A program made the position numbers and the translations under genes. The notes below the pieces were generated by a model. That model was given only the letters and a program-made list of their open reading frames with translations. It searched no databases and was not told the origin of the DNA. DNA of 63,026 bases, filler included, from Globobulimina sp. (Eukaryota): NCBI GenBank assembly GCA_003354225.1. It is 27 parts of 27 records of this genome, joined end to end, with 100 filler letters (N's around TTAATTAATTAA, not from the genome) between each part and the next. Parts side by side here need not be neighbours in the genome. Positions count along the whole stretch, not along the records: positions 49,109 to 51,345 come from PIVH01007984.1; positions 51,446 to 53,682 come from PIVH01007985.1; positions 53,783 to 56,018 come from PIVH01007986.1; positions 56,119 to 58,354 come from PIVH01007987.1; positions 58,455 to 60,690 come from PIVH01007988.1; positions 60,791 to 63,026 come from PIVH01007989.1; 21 more parts are not named here. One strand, written 5' to 3'. Position 1 is the stretch's first letter. Every line of letters begins with the position of its first letter. Below, in pieces: positions 49,260 through 60,929 of the stretch.

Positions 49260-50564
49260 ATGAAACGAAATCAATCGACACCAGCTGGCTTGCAAATAGA
49301 TTTAAGCAAATTGTCCATTGATGAGAATAGCAACAAAACAAACAAAATAATTCCGAGATCTGCACATTGTTCAAATATAAGACTAAGACTGAATGCCTCT
49401 GGAATTAAAAGTAATTTTTTATTGCAGTTCGACCTCTCACCACAGAGCGGAAACTATGAGATTACAAAAAGCGGTGCATTCAAACAAAATGGATTTGTAA
49501 TATCAGCCAATGGCTTATTTATAGAATCGCACAATGCCAACTTTAGCGTAAAATCGTCAGACTTTGTAGAAGTAAGCATTTTGGGCAGAGGCAGCAGCTC
49601 CGTCGTATACAAAACGTGGGATTTGGTGAATGGGCGCTTTCTAGCATTGAAATGTATTTCTGTTTTTGAACAAGATAAAAGGAAACAAATTGAAAACGAA
49701 TTAAAGTTATTAACAAATAATGACTGTGAATATATTGTAGATTTTTACGGGTCATATTTGTATTGCGGGCAAATAATATTTTGTTTGGAATACTTTGATA
49801 TTGGTTCCTTACAAGATTTGATTGAAATAAATGGCTCCATTCCATTAAATATCATTTCGTATATTATGAAATATATAATAAACGCTGTCGATTATCTACA
49901 TAGCGAAAGAAATATAATTTATCGTGATATCAAACCAAGCAATATATTGATTCATAGTGATGGTAGAATAAAATTGAGTGATTTTGGAATATACCATCAA
50001 TGTACAGATGATTCGTCGAATTCTGTTTGCAACGAAATAATTGGTACTACAATTTATAAAAGCCCGCAAAGGCTATGTGGCAAAAAATATTCCTATTTGT
50101 CAGATATTTGGTCCATTGGATTGTGTGTTGCACAGTCATTGTATCCACATTTTCCTTTATTTGTAGAGAATGATGAATCTACGATGTTGATACAAAAGTA
50201 TATATTAAAAGCAACCAAACCGATTCATGAATTTTTCCCAAACAATATATTATTGGAAATTGGCAATGACCCAATCATAGATTTTATGGATAAATGTTTA
50301 GTAAAACGAGAATCGTTGCGGTTAAATGCGAAACAGTTATTGCAACATGACTTTATTGAACAGTATAATTACAATGAAACAGTACAAATAAATGATTTTA
50401 AATCATATTTATTACATTCAAATATAAATAAAGTAAAAAAGGAGAAGTATAAAATAGAGTTAGTATCAATTGAACAGAGTTTAAAAGAGTTATTTACAAG
50501 TAATAAAATCAAACAATATGAGATGCAAATTCCTATTCAACAAATTCAAAAAATGATTGAGTGA
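49260..50564 (+). CDS. MAP kinase kinase (STE7/MEK family)
   Basis: LGRGSSSVV, ALKCI, KQIENEL, YRDIKPSNIL, KLSDFG, GTTIYKSPQR, SDIWSIGL. Confidence 0.9.
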   Translation: MKRNQSTPAGLQIDLSKLSIDENSNKTNKIIPRSAHCSNIRLRLNASGIKSNFLLQFDLSPQSGNYEITKSGAFKQNGFVISANGLFIESHNANFSVKSSDFVEVSILGRGSSSVVYKTWDLVNGRFLALKCISVFEQDKRKQIENELKLLTNNDCEYIVDFYGSYLYCGQIIFCLEYFDIGSLQDLIEINGSIPLNIISYIMKYIINAVDYLHSERNIIYRDIKPSNILIHSDGRIKLSDFGIYHQCTDDSSNSVCNEIIGTTIYKSPQRLCGKKYSYLSDIWSIGLCVAQSLYPHFPLFVENDESTMLIQKYILKATKPIHEFFPNNILLEIGNDPIIDFMDKCLVKRESLRLNAKQLLQHDFIEQYNYNETVQINDFKSYLLHSNINKVKKEKYKIELVSIEQSLKELFTSNKIKQYEMQIPIQQIQKMIE

Positions 50565-50855
50565 ATATCTTTTGTGACGATAGATTTTGTAATTTGTGTG
50601 CTAATATTTTTCCAATGTAATTTTATTGTATTTGATGCGTGTATTTAATAATAGATATTTTTTTAGATAAAACAGATAGATACGTACTCCATCACCTTTT
50701 CCTATACAATTTAAACATTGGAATATTTTAACCGAATTTGTACATGTTCATGGTGTCAATGTCAACAAGTTTTATAAAGCTGCAAAAGGTGAAGTAATTC
50801 TAGGTCGCTATGAAGGAAAAGTCTTACGTGTATGTCGTGGTGGTGTAGTATATAA

Positions 50856-51345
50856 TTACTTTGTATTATCACCCTCTTTGATGGGATTTATTAATTGCTG
50901 TATTTGCTTAATTAAACATTTTTTATCCTCAAAATCCTTAATACCCCATCCCATAATATCCATTTCATTCACCTGTTTTAAATGGACACCTTTTACATTT
51001 TGTTGAATTAAATGTTGTTTTAACACAGTTTCATATTTTTCAAAAAATCGATTATTATCCAATGATAAAATCCATACTAAAATATCATAACTGTTCCATG
51101 ATTCATATGTGTTATCATTACAAAGTTTAGATATTGATGAATAAATTCGTCTTTTTTCCTCTTTTAATTGACCAATTTCATTTTCTTTGTTTGGTAGTTA
51201 TTCAATGTAATTTGCAGCACTCTCATAATTTACCAATGTTACACTGTCATTTTTATGCAATGCAACAGCCATTCTATATTTTAATCCATTATTTTTTGCA
51301 ACTTTTCCAAACACTGTTTGTTGAATATTATTCACTGAAAATGAT
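50856..51345 (-). pseudogene. SPRY-like domain end plus SAM-like domain, interrupted by in-frame TAA (51198-51200)
   Basis: SFSVN..KYRMAVAL..SVTL..IE*LPNKENEI..WNSYDILVWI..VKGVHL..DIMGWGIKDF, all in one frame. Confidence 0.6.
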
Positions 51346-51771
51346 NNNNNNNNNNNNNNNNNNNNNNNNNNNNNNNNNNNNNNNNNNNNTTAATTAATTA
51401 ANNNNNNNNNNNNNNNNNNNNNNNNNNNNNNNNNNNNNNNNNNNNCAAACGATAACGATATTCAAATCGTTTTCAATGTAAAATAGTTTCTGGTTTGGCG
51501 CATTTTGCTAAAATGCATTGGAAATGGATCAGTATCGATAGCTATGTCTATTACATTGGCAGTTCGCAAAATTTGGATCCACTGATGATATATCGCTCGA
51601 ATAGATCATATAACTCGATATTTCAGTTAGTTTTTTTTTGTGTTACTATAAAATTTTGCAAATAAAATTATTTTGCTTTTTGATTTGGATGAAGATCTCG
51701 TTGTTAATTTGAACATAATTGACTTTTTAGGTTCACACTTCTTTTGTGATTGACTAGGAACAAACCCAAGA

Positions 51772-51879
51772 CAAATCTATATCAAACCGTTTTGGGATTT
51801 GCAAAACGTTTCTCAGATAATTGAATTAAATGTATACAACTTATCGACCAGGGGGGTTATCTTTTGGAATATATCGTTT
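51772..51879 (+). repeat. Dispersed repeat family A, longest copy
   Basis: Contains both the 20872-20955 block and the TTTGGAATATATCGTTT block seen at 138-154. Confidence 0.9.
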
Positions 51880-52016
51880 AGGTAATTCAATTATGCCTAA
51901 AACTTAAGTTTTCAAAAAAGTAGGATAAAAATAACGCAGGTTCTGTTTTCAACACAATTTTTGTGACACAAAATATAAACTTTGTTACTAAAAGCTCTAC
52001 TGACATAATTTGTGTA

Positions 52017-53603
52017 ATGGCAACTCCACAAAAAAGAAATGCGACACCACTTACAATGGCATACGATCTACCAATATCAGACTTAAGTCACTTAACAAAA
52101 CATAAAAAAAAGCCAGAAGTTGATAGTAACCACAAACGAGCACCGTTAATGGCAATAATAGCGCCATCTATCGCTTTTTTTGGGTGTCAGTTTTCATGGG
52201 CAGTGCAAGATGGAAATGTATCACCATACTTACGCGAATTAGGAATGAATACCGACACAATGAATTATGCCTGGTTATTAGGCCCCATTTCAGGAATCAT
52301 ATTTGAGCCAATAATTGGTGTATTTAGTGATCATTGTACGTCATCATTAGGTCGTAGAAGGCCATTTATTATTTTTGGATCCTTGCTATTATCATTGTGC
52401 CTGCTCATATTTTGCAACAGTGAATATTTTTTCAGTCCATTACTCATTGCCTTTATTACTTTTTGGCAGTTAGATTTCAGTACAAATATGTTAGAAGGTC
52501 CTCTACGCGCAATCACAGCGGACACATTAAACCACGAAGAACAGTTATTATCTCATTCCTGGTTTGGAATTATGAACGGAATCGCATCGACCATTGGCTT
52601 TGGATTAGGTTACTTTGTTGGTGAGATCCGGACTATATTTTGTATTGCAGCCTTTGTGATGCTTTTATGTCTGATACTCACTGCAGTGCTGGTTAAAGAA
52701 GTCCCGTTAACAAAAATAAAAACAAAAACCAACGATGAACGCGTTAGTAAGCTGTTAAAGGTGAGATTGAGGCAACTTACAATTGCTTTACTGGACATGC
52801 CATATATTGTGAAAAGGTGTTGGTTTATTCAGTTTTGTACTTATTTTGGACATTTTGCAATGTGGGTCTACTTATGTGAATATTTTGGAACGCAAATAAT
52901 GAATGGAACTCCCAATGGGGAGTATAGAGACAGTGAGGAACATTTATTATATAAACATGGAGTGGAATACGGTAACTTGGCATTTATGTTTATCTCTATG
53001 GTGAGTGTAATATTTTCATTTTGTACTACGACATTTGTCAATATGGTTGGCCTTAAAGTTAGTTCTCTATATATTTGTATGTCTGATTTGAGGTAAACGT
53101 GTTACATACAGAAACTATGGATGTTTTGTTTGTTTTTATATGCGTTGGTATTGATGTTAAGTATATTTATACACAATTTGTATATTGCATTGTTTGTATT
53201 TGCCTTTGTTGGCGTACCGTGGGGTGTGAGCTTTACAATTCCATGGGGTGTGGTAGGAATTTATAGCAATAAATACGATCCTAAAAGAGCCTGTTTATGG
53301 ACTGTTTTGTTAAATATTGCGGAATGCGGACCAGAATTAATTATTGCTTTATTTTCTGGGTTTATTGTTGAATTGTTTAGAGGTAAAGTTGCCGGCGTCT
53401 TAGTCATTGCTGGATTGGTCAATTTATTTGCTGTCTATTTAGTATCAAACACGGATTTAACAGAGTATAACGGTTTGCATCACCGGAAGGAGGATACAGA
53501 CAGAAACAATAATAAACATATCGATGAAAGTAAAGCTTTATTAAGCAATGACGATGAAAAAATGGCAGATACCATACAGGAGATCATCAGGCAGAACTCG
53601 TAA
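52017..53603 (+). CDS. SLC45/sucrose-H+ symporter-like MFS transporter; intron 53058-53111
   Basis: GCQFSWAVQ..PYL..LG, WLLGPISG..PIIGVFSDHCTSSLGRRRPFI, EGPLRA..D; the intron restores frame. Confidence 0.92.
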
Positions 53604-53782
53604 ATTGATTGCACCACGCTTGTAGTGTTCATATCTAACTTTTTCCCCCTTTATGTTTGGGCTGTATTTATTTTTGGACTTGNNNNNNNNNNNNNNNNNN
53701 NNNNNNNNNNNNNNNNNNNNNNNNNNTTAATTAATTAANNNNNNNNNNNNNNNNNNNNNNNNNNNNNNNNNNNNNNNNNNNN

Positions 53783-54059
53783 GTATGTTTTCAAACGACA
53801 AGAATCTACAATCATTGTGGTTGGACATTCAATTTGGTTTCAAAGATTTTGTAAAATATTTCTATTGCAGCACAATGAAAATGATAAAAAGAAAAAAAAT
53901 CATGTTTCAATTGCATCAAAATTGTATAATGCTGGTTGTGTCGGATTTGATTTGTGTCAAATAGTTAAAGGATTGACGGATTATTACGGCATTGATTCGA
54001 GGACAATGGTTTGTATTTATAAAGGATTTAAAAAAATGGACAAAATTGCTGCAAAATAA
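53783..54059 (+). CDS. 3' end of a hypothetical protein
   Basis: Reading frame open from the contig start to TAA. Confidence 0.4.
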
Positions 54060-54217
54060 TAGTGAGTGAATTTATATGATTGGTTGCTAACTCGTTTCCT
54101 ACATTTTCAATTGACATTTGCATGTAGAACACCTTGATAATTACTGGCTGCTTAAGTGGAAAATCTCTGACTAACTCAACCATAATCTCAACATACCACA
54201 GAACATACACACTTAAC

Positions 54218-55114
54218 ATGAAAAATGAAGGTCTGCTTAATCCAGGCGGTCGTCTTAGAGAAGAAGATGAAGAATCTGAAATGGGATCAGATGGTTCATG
54301 TTTCAGAAATATTTGCACATTATTAGGTGCATGGGCATTTTTTGGGGCAGTTTATTGGATATTTATCACTTTATGGGGTTATTATAACATCTCCAATGAC
54401 CCAAAATTATTTTATTACACAGTATCTGCATTAATTGCTGCATTACTCTCTGTATTTATTGTATTTGCCGGATTGACCCGAGGTATTAAATCAGGCGAAC
54501 CTGAATCAATTAAATGGACATTCCCATATATTTGCGTCTGTTGTATCAATATATTTGTTCATGTTGGATTCGCGCAAAATAAAGATTTATATTTACCATA
54601 TTCGATTGCGTTCATTGTGTGCGATTTTTTATCAATGTTATATATTTCTGGTGTATTTTATGGATTTCATTTAGAATCGAACCGTTGGTTTAGAATACTC
54701 AATTTTTGCTTGGAATGGTTCGATTTATTATCACAAATCGCAGTGGCAATAATTTATGCAAATCTATCCACAGCGAGCAAGTATGAGACAAAACAGTATG
54801 AAAATGCCTTTTGGGCATTTATTTTGATTCAATTGGCAGTTTGGGAGATTCCCATTGTATTTGGTGCGGGATTAAGAAAACACCGCTGTTTACGACATTT
54901 GTTTTTATTGGACATTGTTACGGATTTTCCGTTGTTAGTTATCAATGTGGCATCGGGTGCATTTACATTGCAATTTTGGATTTTGGTTGATTTGATTATT
55001 AAAATTCTTTTCATGGTTCGTGGTGTTTATTATTTCTTTGCGTTTCACAAACATTTAGACCTCGATACTATATTTGATGTATTTGTTATTTGTGCGTGTT
55101 GTGATGATGATTGA
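54218..55114 (+). CDS. Hypothetical multi-pass membrane protein
   Basis: About 298 aa with 7-8 hydrophobic segments. Confidence 0.7.
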   Translation: MKNEGLLNPGGRLREEDEESEMGSDGSCFRNICTLLGAWAFFGAVYWIFITLWGYYNISNDPKLFYYTVSALIAALLSVFIVFAGLTRGIKSGEPESIKWTFPYICVCCINIFVHVGFAQNKDLYLPYSIAFIVCDFLSMLYISGVFYGFHLESNRWFRILNFCLEWFDLLSQIAVAIIYANLSTASKYETKQYENAFWAFILIQLAVWEIPIVFGAGLRKHRCLRHLFLLDIVTDFPLLVINVASGAFTLQFWILVDLIIKILFMVRGVYYFFAFHKHLDLDTIFDVFVICACCDDD

Positions 55115-55218
55115 ATACAAGTTTCTTCCGTAGAAACTAATTAATTAAAATATATAAGATATTAATTCTTGATAAATAATCTGTATTTATTTACTTCAGA
55201 AAAAACTTTAAATCGAAA

Positions 55219-56018
55219 ATGACCACGTTTTGGAAATCAAATCCAAGACATTACTGCAAAGAATGTGGTTGTTGGATGGACGCCAAGCCATCATCAATCC
55301 GTAAGCACGAAGAAGGATTCCGCCATAAAGGAAACGTTGATCGACTATTAAAAAAACTAAAAAGAGAGAAAATCATCGCAGAAAAAGAGTCCAACAAACA
55401 CGCGCAAGAATTTGCAGCCATTGAGAATGCCGCAAAAAAGCAATATGTCAAAGACTGTGCGTCCGGCTTAGCGTCATGCGGTTTGACATTCAGCCACAAA
55501 AACAACACACACGGCCACCACAAACAGCGCAAGGATAAAAATCGTCAATTATTCCTACCATCGGACAACGACACATATTATTACATGGACAAAACCGGCA
55601 CCACTCACGGCCCCTATTCCTCCATTCAAATGTCCAAATGGCACCACTTCGGTTTCTTTGTTGGCGCTTTGCGAATTCGTCAGCGTCAACAAACAGAGTT
55701 CATTCATCTACGCGATGTGCCAAATCCATTCAATTATTCTGATTTCAAACACGAACTCGACCACAACATCTCTTTCAGAAACACTATTCTGCACTCAATT
55801 GACATCTCCGATGCAAAAACGATACCGCCGGGGATTGATATCCCGCAAAAACTGAAAAATCAGTTTTATAAATTGTACCCAAAACAGACTAAAAATAGCA
55901 AAGCTGCGCAACCACAGACACAGCCCCAACGCCATCAGTATTATTCCAATGGCATCGACTTTAAAAAGATAAATAACAACACAAATAACAATGGAATAAC
56001 CAGGAAACAGCAAAGGAG
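55219..56018 (+). CDS. WBP4/ZOP1-like U1-type zinc-finger protein with a GYF domain, 3'-partial
   Basis: MTTFWKSNPRHYCKECGCW..SIRKHEEGFRHKGNV; YYMDKTGTTHGPYSSIQMSKWHHFGFF. Confidence 0.85.
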
Positions 56019-56416
56019 NNNNNNNNNNNNNNNNNNNNNNNNNNNNNNNNNNNNNNNNNNNNTTAATTAATTAANNNNNNNNNNNNNNNNNNNNNNNNNN
56101 NNNNNNNNNNNNNNNNNNGACTTGTAAACATGGCAACTTGTAGACTGTGGATAACAATATCCACTCTTTCTTTCAAATCTGACGGTGTGCATGTTGGGAC
56201 AACTGCGAAACTACCTTTCAAATTCTACAAGTTGGGAGATGGACGGAGTTGGTTATTTTTTGTATATTCATCAATCGCATCATCATTAAATATTAAATAT
56301 CCAAAAATTAAAATATCAATTCAACAAACAAGTGATTATTTTGGTGATAGAAATGATTTAGTAATTTTTGACTGTGTGTGATTGCTAATTAGACGTTTCT
56401 AGTAGTGGGACAAAAT

Positions 56417-58354
56417 TCAATCGGGCCTTAGGTCCGATTCCAGACTCACAGATTGCTGGAACAACCCTGTGAGAGTTTGTAAGAACCCGAAACTCGGGTC
56501 AGGAGATAACACGAATTGCTTATATTTGGCGTAGTTTTTGGAGGTCATAGAAGGAATAATAAGATTGCTATTCTGTGGATGGATACGGCCTATAAAAGCA
56601 AGTTTGTCAGCGATGCCATTGAAGACTTGTTCTTTAGGTTTAGTGTGGGCCTTCACTTTCCAAAGGATTATGTTCATGTTTCGAATGTGTTGCTGTGTTT
56701 CACGGAATAGGCTGGTATAGCTTAATTTGTTGACTTTCTTTGGTGTGTTAATTAAGGAGATGAAATTAGTCATGGAGTCAGTGAAGAGGATTAGGCGCCG
56801 TGCCGTAGTGTCAATATTGCAGTATTTGAGGAGGAATGAGGAATCTGTGGCTAGTATGATGTCGGAATGCCGCAATTTGTGCGAATAGTTATTCCAATCA
56901 TTTATTGAATCATTTCGGATGTGATGTATTATCATATGGTCAGGGACAAAGCTGTGTTGATTCTCACAATATTGTACGGATATTTCATTATTGTGGATGC
57001 GATAAACGGTATTTAGGAAGCGATTGGAGTGGGAGAGGATGCATTTGTAGAATGTTGATATGTTTATAGGTGAAGGAAAGGGAGCTTTCATCAAAGCAAT
57101 TGACACCGCATATTATTTGCCAGAGGGTGTTTCTGCTGTGGCGGACATCAGTGCAGAACTCAATGATTCTCTGCATGAAGATCTGATTGTGAAATGTGTT
57201 TATTTTGGAGCCTATTTTGGCAAATGCTGCTTTGGCGTGGTTCCAGTAGATGTGTCTGTATCTGTCAAGAGTTGGGCAGTTGAGGCAAAGATGGACTTCA
57301 ATTGGGAGGGGGACATCGGAGGAGCAAAGGAGGCAGTGGTTGCGTTTTTGGTTGAAAAAGTAGAACAATTCACGGTATTGCCGGATCATTTTATCGTTGA
57401 CATTGCCTCATACGTATTCATTGCTTTGTAGTCTGGGAGGTGGTGTTCGAGGATTCTGAGGGGGTGATATTGGTGGAGGGAGTTCACAATTTGGCGGTGC
57501 TGACGCTGTACTATGATCGGTCGGAGCTCTGAGGGACGCAGGACATCATCGAAGGTGTCAATGTTGTGTGGAACGTTCTCAATTATTCGGATTTCATTGG
57601 GTAGTCACAATTGTTTTAGGTCACGGTAATGTTTATATAGGGAGTAATTATTTATGTTTGGAAGGCTATTCCATATATGCATGTAGGAGATTGGTTTGTT
57701 TTTTATTAGCTTCCAATAGAATGCTAGTTTGATGACTGCCCAACGTTCAGAGGGGGACGGAATGCCTGCAAATATTGAGAATTGTTTGAAAATGAAGTGT
57801 TTGTTTCTGCTTTTCAAGCGCAGCTACCAGATTAATATTCTTGCAGTCTAGCACTTGTGCGAATATTTCAGTGTATACTAAATAGAAGGTTTTCAGGATT
57901 CGTATTTTATCACTTAGTGAAACAAAACTGTGGTTGAAGTCTAATTGGCACAACAGTCTTGCTTTCTGATCTAATTTGTTTAAGAATACTCTGTTTGTGC
58001 ATTTGGTAGAGACTAGATTGTCAATGTCATGAGTGCAGAGGTGGGCGCCTAGATATCGTAGAAAGGTTACATTGCACAGCGGTTTACCATACATAACGCA
58101 GGAAAAGTGCATTTTAGATATGGGCCAACTGTCATCACGGATTATGTTATCACAGATTATGTGATACGGTTTATTGGAAATTTTGTTTTTATAATAATTG
58201 CAATGTATTTTGAACTGTTCAAGTATGTCATTGGGTATTTCATTTTGTTTATAGGCACAGACGTAGCCATCAATATCAATGGCCTGTATTTTATTAATTG
58301 AGTGCTGTATTAGAACCATCGGTGCTTGTTTACTGTTAACATTTGGTAGCTTGG
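56417..58354 (-). mobile_element. Degenerate non-LTR retrotransposon: end of RT, CCHC finger, RNase H; frameshifted
   Basis: FLRYLGAHL; CLLC..EVHLCLNC; ATDSS / FTDS / WKVKAH..NGIADKLA across successive minus-strand ORFs. Confidence 0.8.
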
Positions 58355-58761
58355 NNNNNNNNNNNNNNNNNNNNNNNNNNNNNNNNNNNNNNNNNNNNTT
58401 AATTAATTAANNNNNNNNNNNNNNNNNNNNNNNNNNNNNNNNNNNNNNNNNNNNAAATGATATATGTTTAATACTACTCTTTGTAATTTCTCTCATTTTA
58501 TCCAAAAAATTTTGGGTCCACGATAAGAAGATTGACCATTTGCACAAACAACAGCATAACGATTTATTGGTCCAATCGCAACACAACTTATTTTCTTATA
58601 ATCTTCGTTGTATTCTACTAATTTATCGCTGAACTATTGGAAGCATTACATTTGGATGCATTCAACCCAACTATCATTACATAATGAGACATCTTCTAAT
58701 TACATAAAAATGGAATAAAAAAGAGAAAGTTTGAAGTGTTTGAATAAAAAACTCAAAGATA

Positions 58762-59446
58762 ATGGCAATGAAATTATTTCGTCGGTTTAATTTATTACGT
58801 CCATCATTGATGAATAATTTCCATCCAATGTATTTACAAAATATGTCATTTTCAGCGGGTAAGACAAATCATACATATATTGTGGCTGTGGATGGTACTG
58901 AGTATGCATATAATGCATTACGTCGTGCTTTTGAATGTTCAAATGGTGCGGATAGAGTGATTGCTCTTTATTTCCCAGCATCTGCTGAACGATTAGAAGT
59001 GGAATTAATGATTTTTGGACCAAATCAAGCAACGCCAGAAATAAAGAAATTAAAACAAGAAGTTGAAGGATTAAAAGAAGCCACAATAAACAGAGTATGT
59101 ACTAAGTACAGTGCAGTATATATTATAAATATAAAATTCTAAAAATATATAGATTACAGACGCAACAATGGAAATAAAAAATGAATATGTGAATGCGCAT
59201 AAATCAATGGAAACTTTAATATTTGAGATAAAGATCGGTGATCCAACACCTTCAGCAAAACATGATATTGTTCGTGCATGCTATGATTTTGAAGCGGATT
59301 CATTATTTTTAGGATCGAAAGGAATTGCACATTCATTCAAAGAGAAATTAGAAAAATCGATGAGAGATCATCTTGGATCTGTGCCTGATTATTGCGTACA
59401 TCACGCGCCTTGTGATGTGATGATCATAAAACCTCCTGAATATTGA
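58762..59446 (+). CDS. Universal stress protein (UspA-like) with possible mitochondrial presequence; intron 59095-59152
   Basis: YIVAVDGTEYA..AL, GDP, LFLGSKG, LGSVPDYCVHHAPCDVMIIK. Confidence 0.92.
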
Positions 59447-59634
59447 GTATTGTTATTATAAACTTGTGAATAGAACTTGTGAAATGTTAACTTTATACAG
59501 TAATATCACTTCACTACATCTTTTTTACATGAACTTCTTCAAAAACACTAAGAAATCAATAAAGTGATTAGATTGAGAAGAATTAAGAATTGAATACTTA
59601 TATAAATTTATTGTATATATATATACATGCATTA

Positions 59635-60551
59635 TTATGGAAGATATGGTGTGGGATTTGGTGGAGTTACAACATTGATAGAAATGCTATCTGATGTCAA
59701 CCCATTTGAAGTTGCAGTTAATTTTATTTGATCATTTTGTCCCAATTGAGATTGAACAATAACTCTTGCTAAGCCATGCCATGCTGATCTATAATCCGCT
59801 TTATCAGGTTCATGCGAAGCTGGATCCCCATTACCAACTCCATAAATTGTGCCTGAGCCAGTCACTGCAAAATTAATCCTATTTGTTGCTGTCGGAACCA
59901 ATCTATTCATATCATCCAACACACTCACTTTTATCATTGCAACATCTTGGCCATCGCTGTAAATCGTATTTGATGAATTATACGGATATTCAAACTCCAA
60001 TTTAATTTTATTCGCGGCATTTGTTGTTTCAATGCTATACGTTTGAATAACATTAAATTGATTATCCAAACATTTTGCAGTCAATACGCCAGGTTGATAT
60101 CGTACATTATATGTTGGATGATCCAAATGTGGCACCTTAACCGTTTGATTCCCAATGATTTGATTATTTAATGATAATGAAACGTACTCACAATTTGTAT
60201 AAATCCATATTTGTAAAGTTGGAGTTCCGGCGAAATTCCAAGTATTTGGCAATATATAAATTAATGGCTCGTTTGCTTTCCATACAGCTCTATAATACCA
60301 ATAATTATCTTTGGGAAAGCCAGCCATATCATTCACTCCAAAATGAGAATTAATGTCAGGCCTTAAAAAAAAGTCAGGCCCCAAAATGTCGTGAAAATGA
60401 CAAAACATTTCAGACTCATATGACAATTCAACGTAAATTGGATAACAACGTTTTGTCATATGTCTCCTAAATGTTTTGCCAAATTCAATTTATAGAATGG
60501 ATTAAAACCTACCATTTGTAAGGCGTCGGTTCGCCTTTATAGTCAAAACCA
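59635..60551 (-). CDS. Glycoside hydrolase family 2 (beta-galactosidase-like), C-terminal part; intron 60362-60512; 5'-truncated by chimera
   Basis: GFDYKGEPTPYKW|PDINSHFG..D.AGFPKD, YTNC..V.L.LN, YQPG.L.A, GVGNGDP..HE. Confidence 0.9.
60393..60486. repeat. Foldback inside the GH2 intron
   Basis: CAAAACATTT..CATATGACAA mirrored by TTGTCATATG..AAATGTTTTG. Confidence 0.8.
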
Positions 60552-60690
60552 CCGGTACCATTCTCCGGGAATCCGACAAAAACAGTATTCCCATATCCTT
60601 CCCCATCGAGTTGAAGACGAACATACTGAGTTGGGCCTTCATCATTGGTTGATTTGTAAAACGTCTGGCTGCTGTGGACCCTGGCAGCCT
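60542..60690 (-). other. Probable bacterial (Bacteroidota secreted-protein-like) coding fragment fused to GH2
   Basis: More GC-rich; reads RVHSSQTFYKS..YVRLQLDGEGYGNTVFVGFPENGTGGFD instead of the GH2 G.F.WTGFD context. Confidence 0.5.
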
Positions 60691-60929
60691 NNNNNNNNNN
60701 NNNNNNNNNNNNNNNNNNNNNNNNNNNNNNNNNNTTAATTAATTAANNNNNNNNNNNNNNNNNNNNNNNNNNNNNNNNNNNNNNNNNNNNTTTCTGTACA
60801 TACGCAAAGTTCTAAAAGTCCTGGAATTCCTAAAAAACGACAATGATTATGAAAAGAAACTGAGCGACAATGATTTTGAAAATATGTATAAGTTTTTAAA
60901 AAAATCAGTACTTACCAACATGCATTCCC

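Noticed and set aside
56179-56256. CTGACGG...GCATGTTG/CAACTGC-GAAAC as a hammerhead
   Set aside because: A9 is missing, extra bases precede stem II and no stem I can be drawn.
56392-56425. GAAACGTC just past the LINE RNase H stop as a hammerhead half
   Set aside because: No CUGANGA-like core or stem II partner upstream on that strand.
2241-60790. Regularly spaced TTAATTAATTAA motifs and cross-contig gene neighbourhoods
   Set aside because: Artificial linkers within N runs; not a CRISPR array or biological repeat, and adjacency across them is meaningless.
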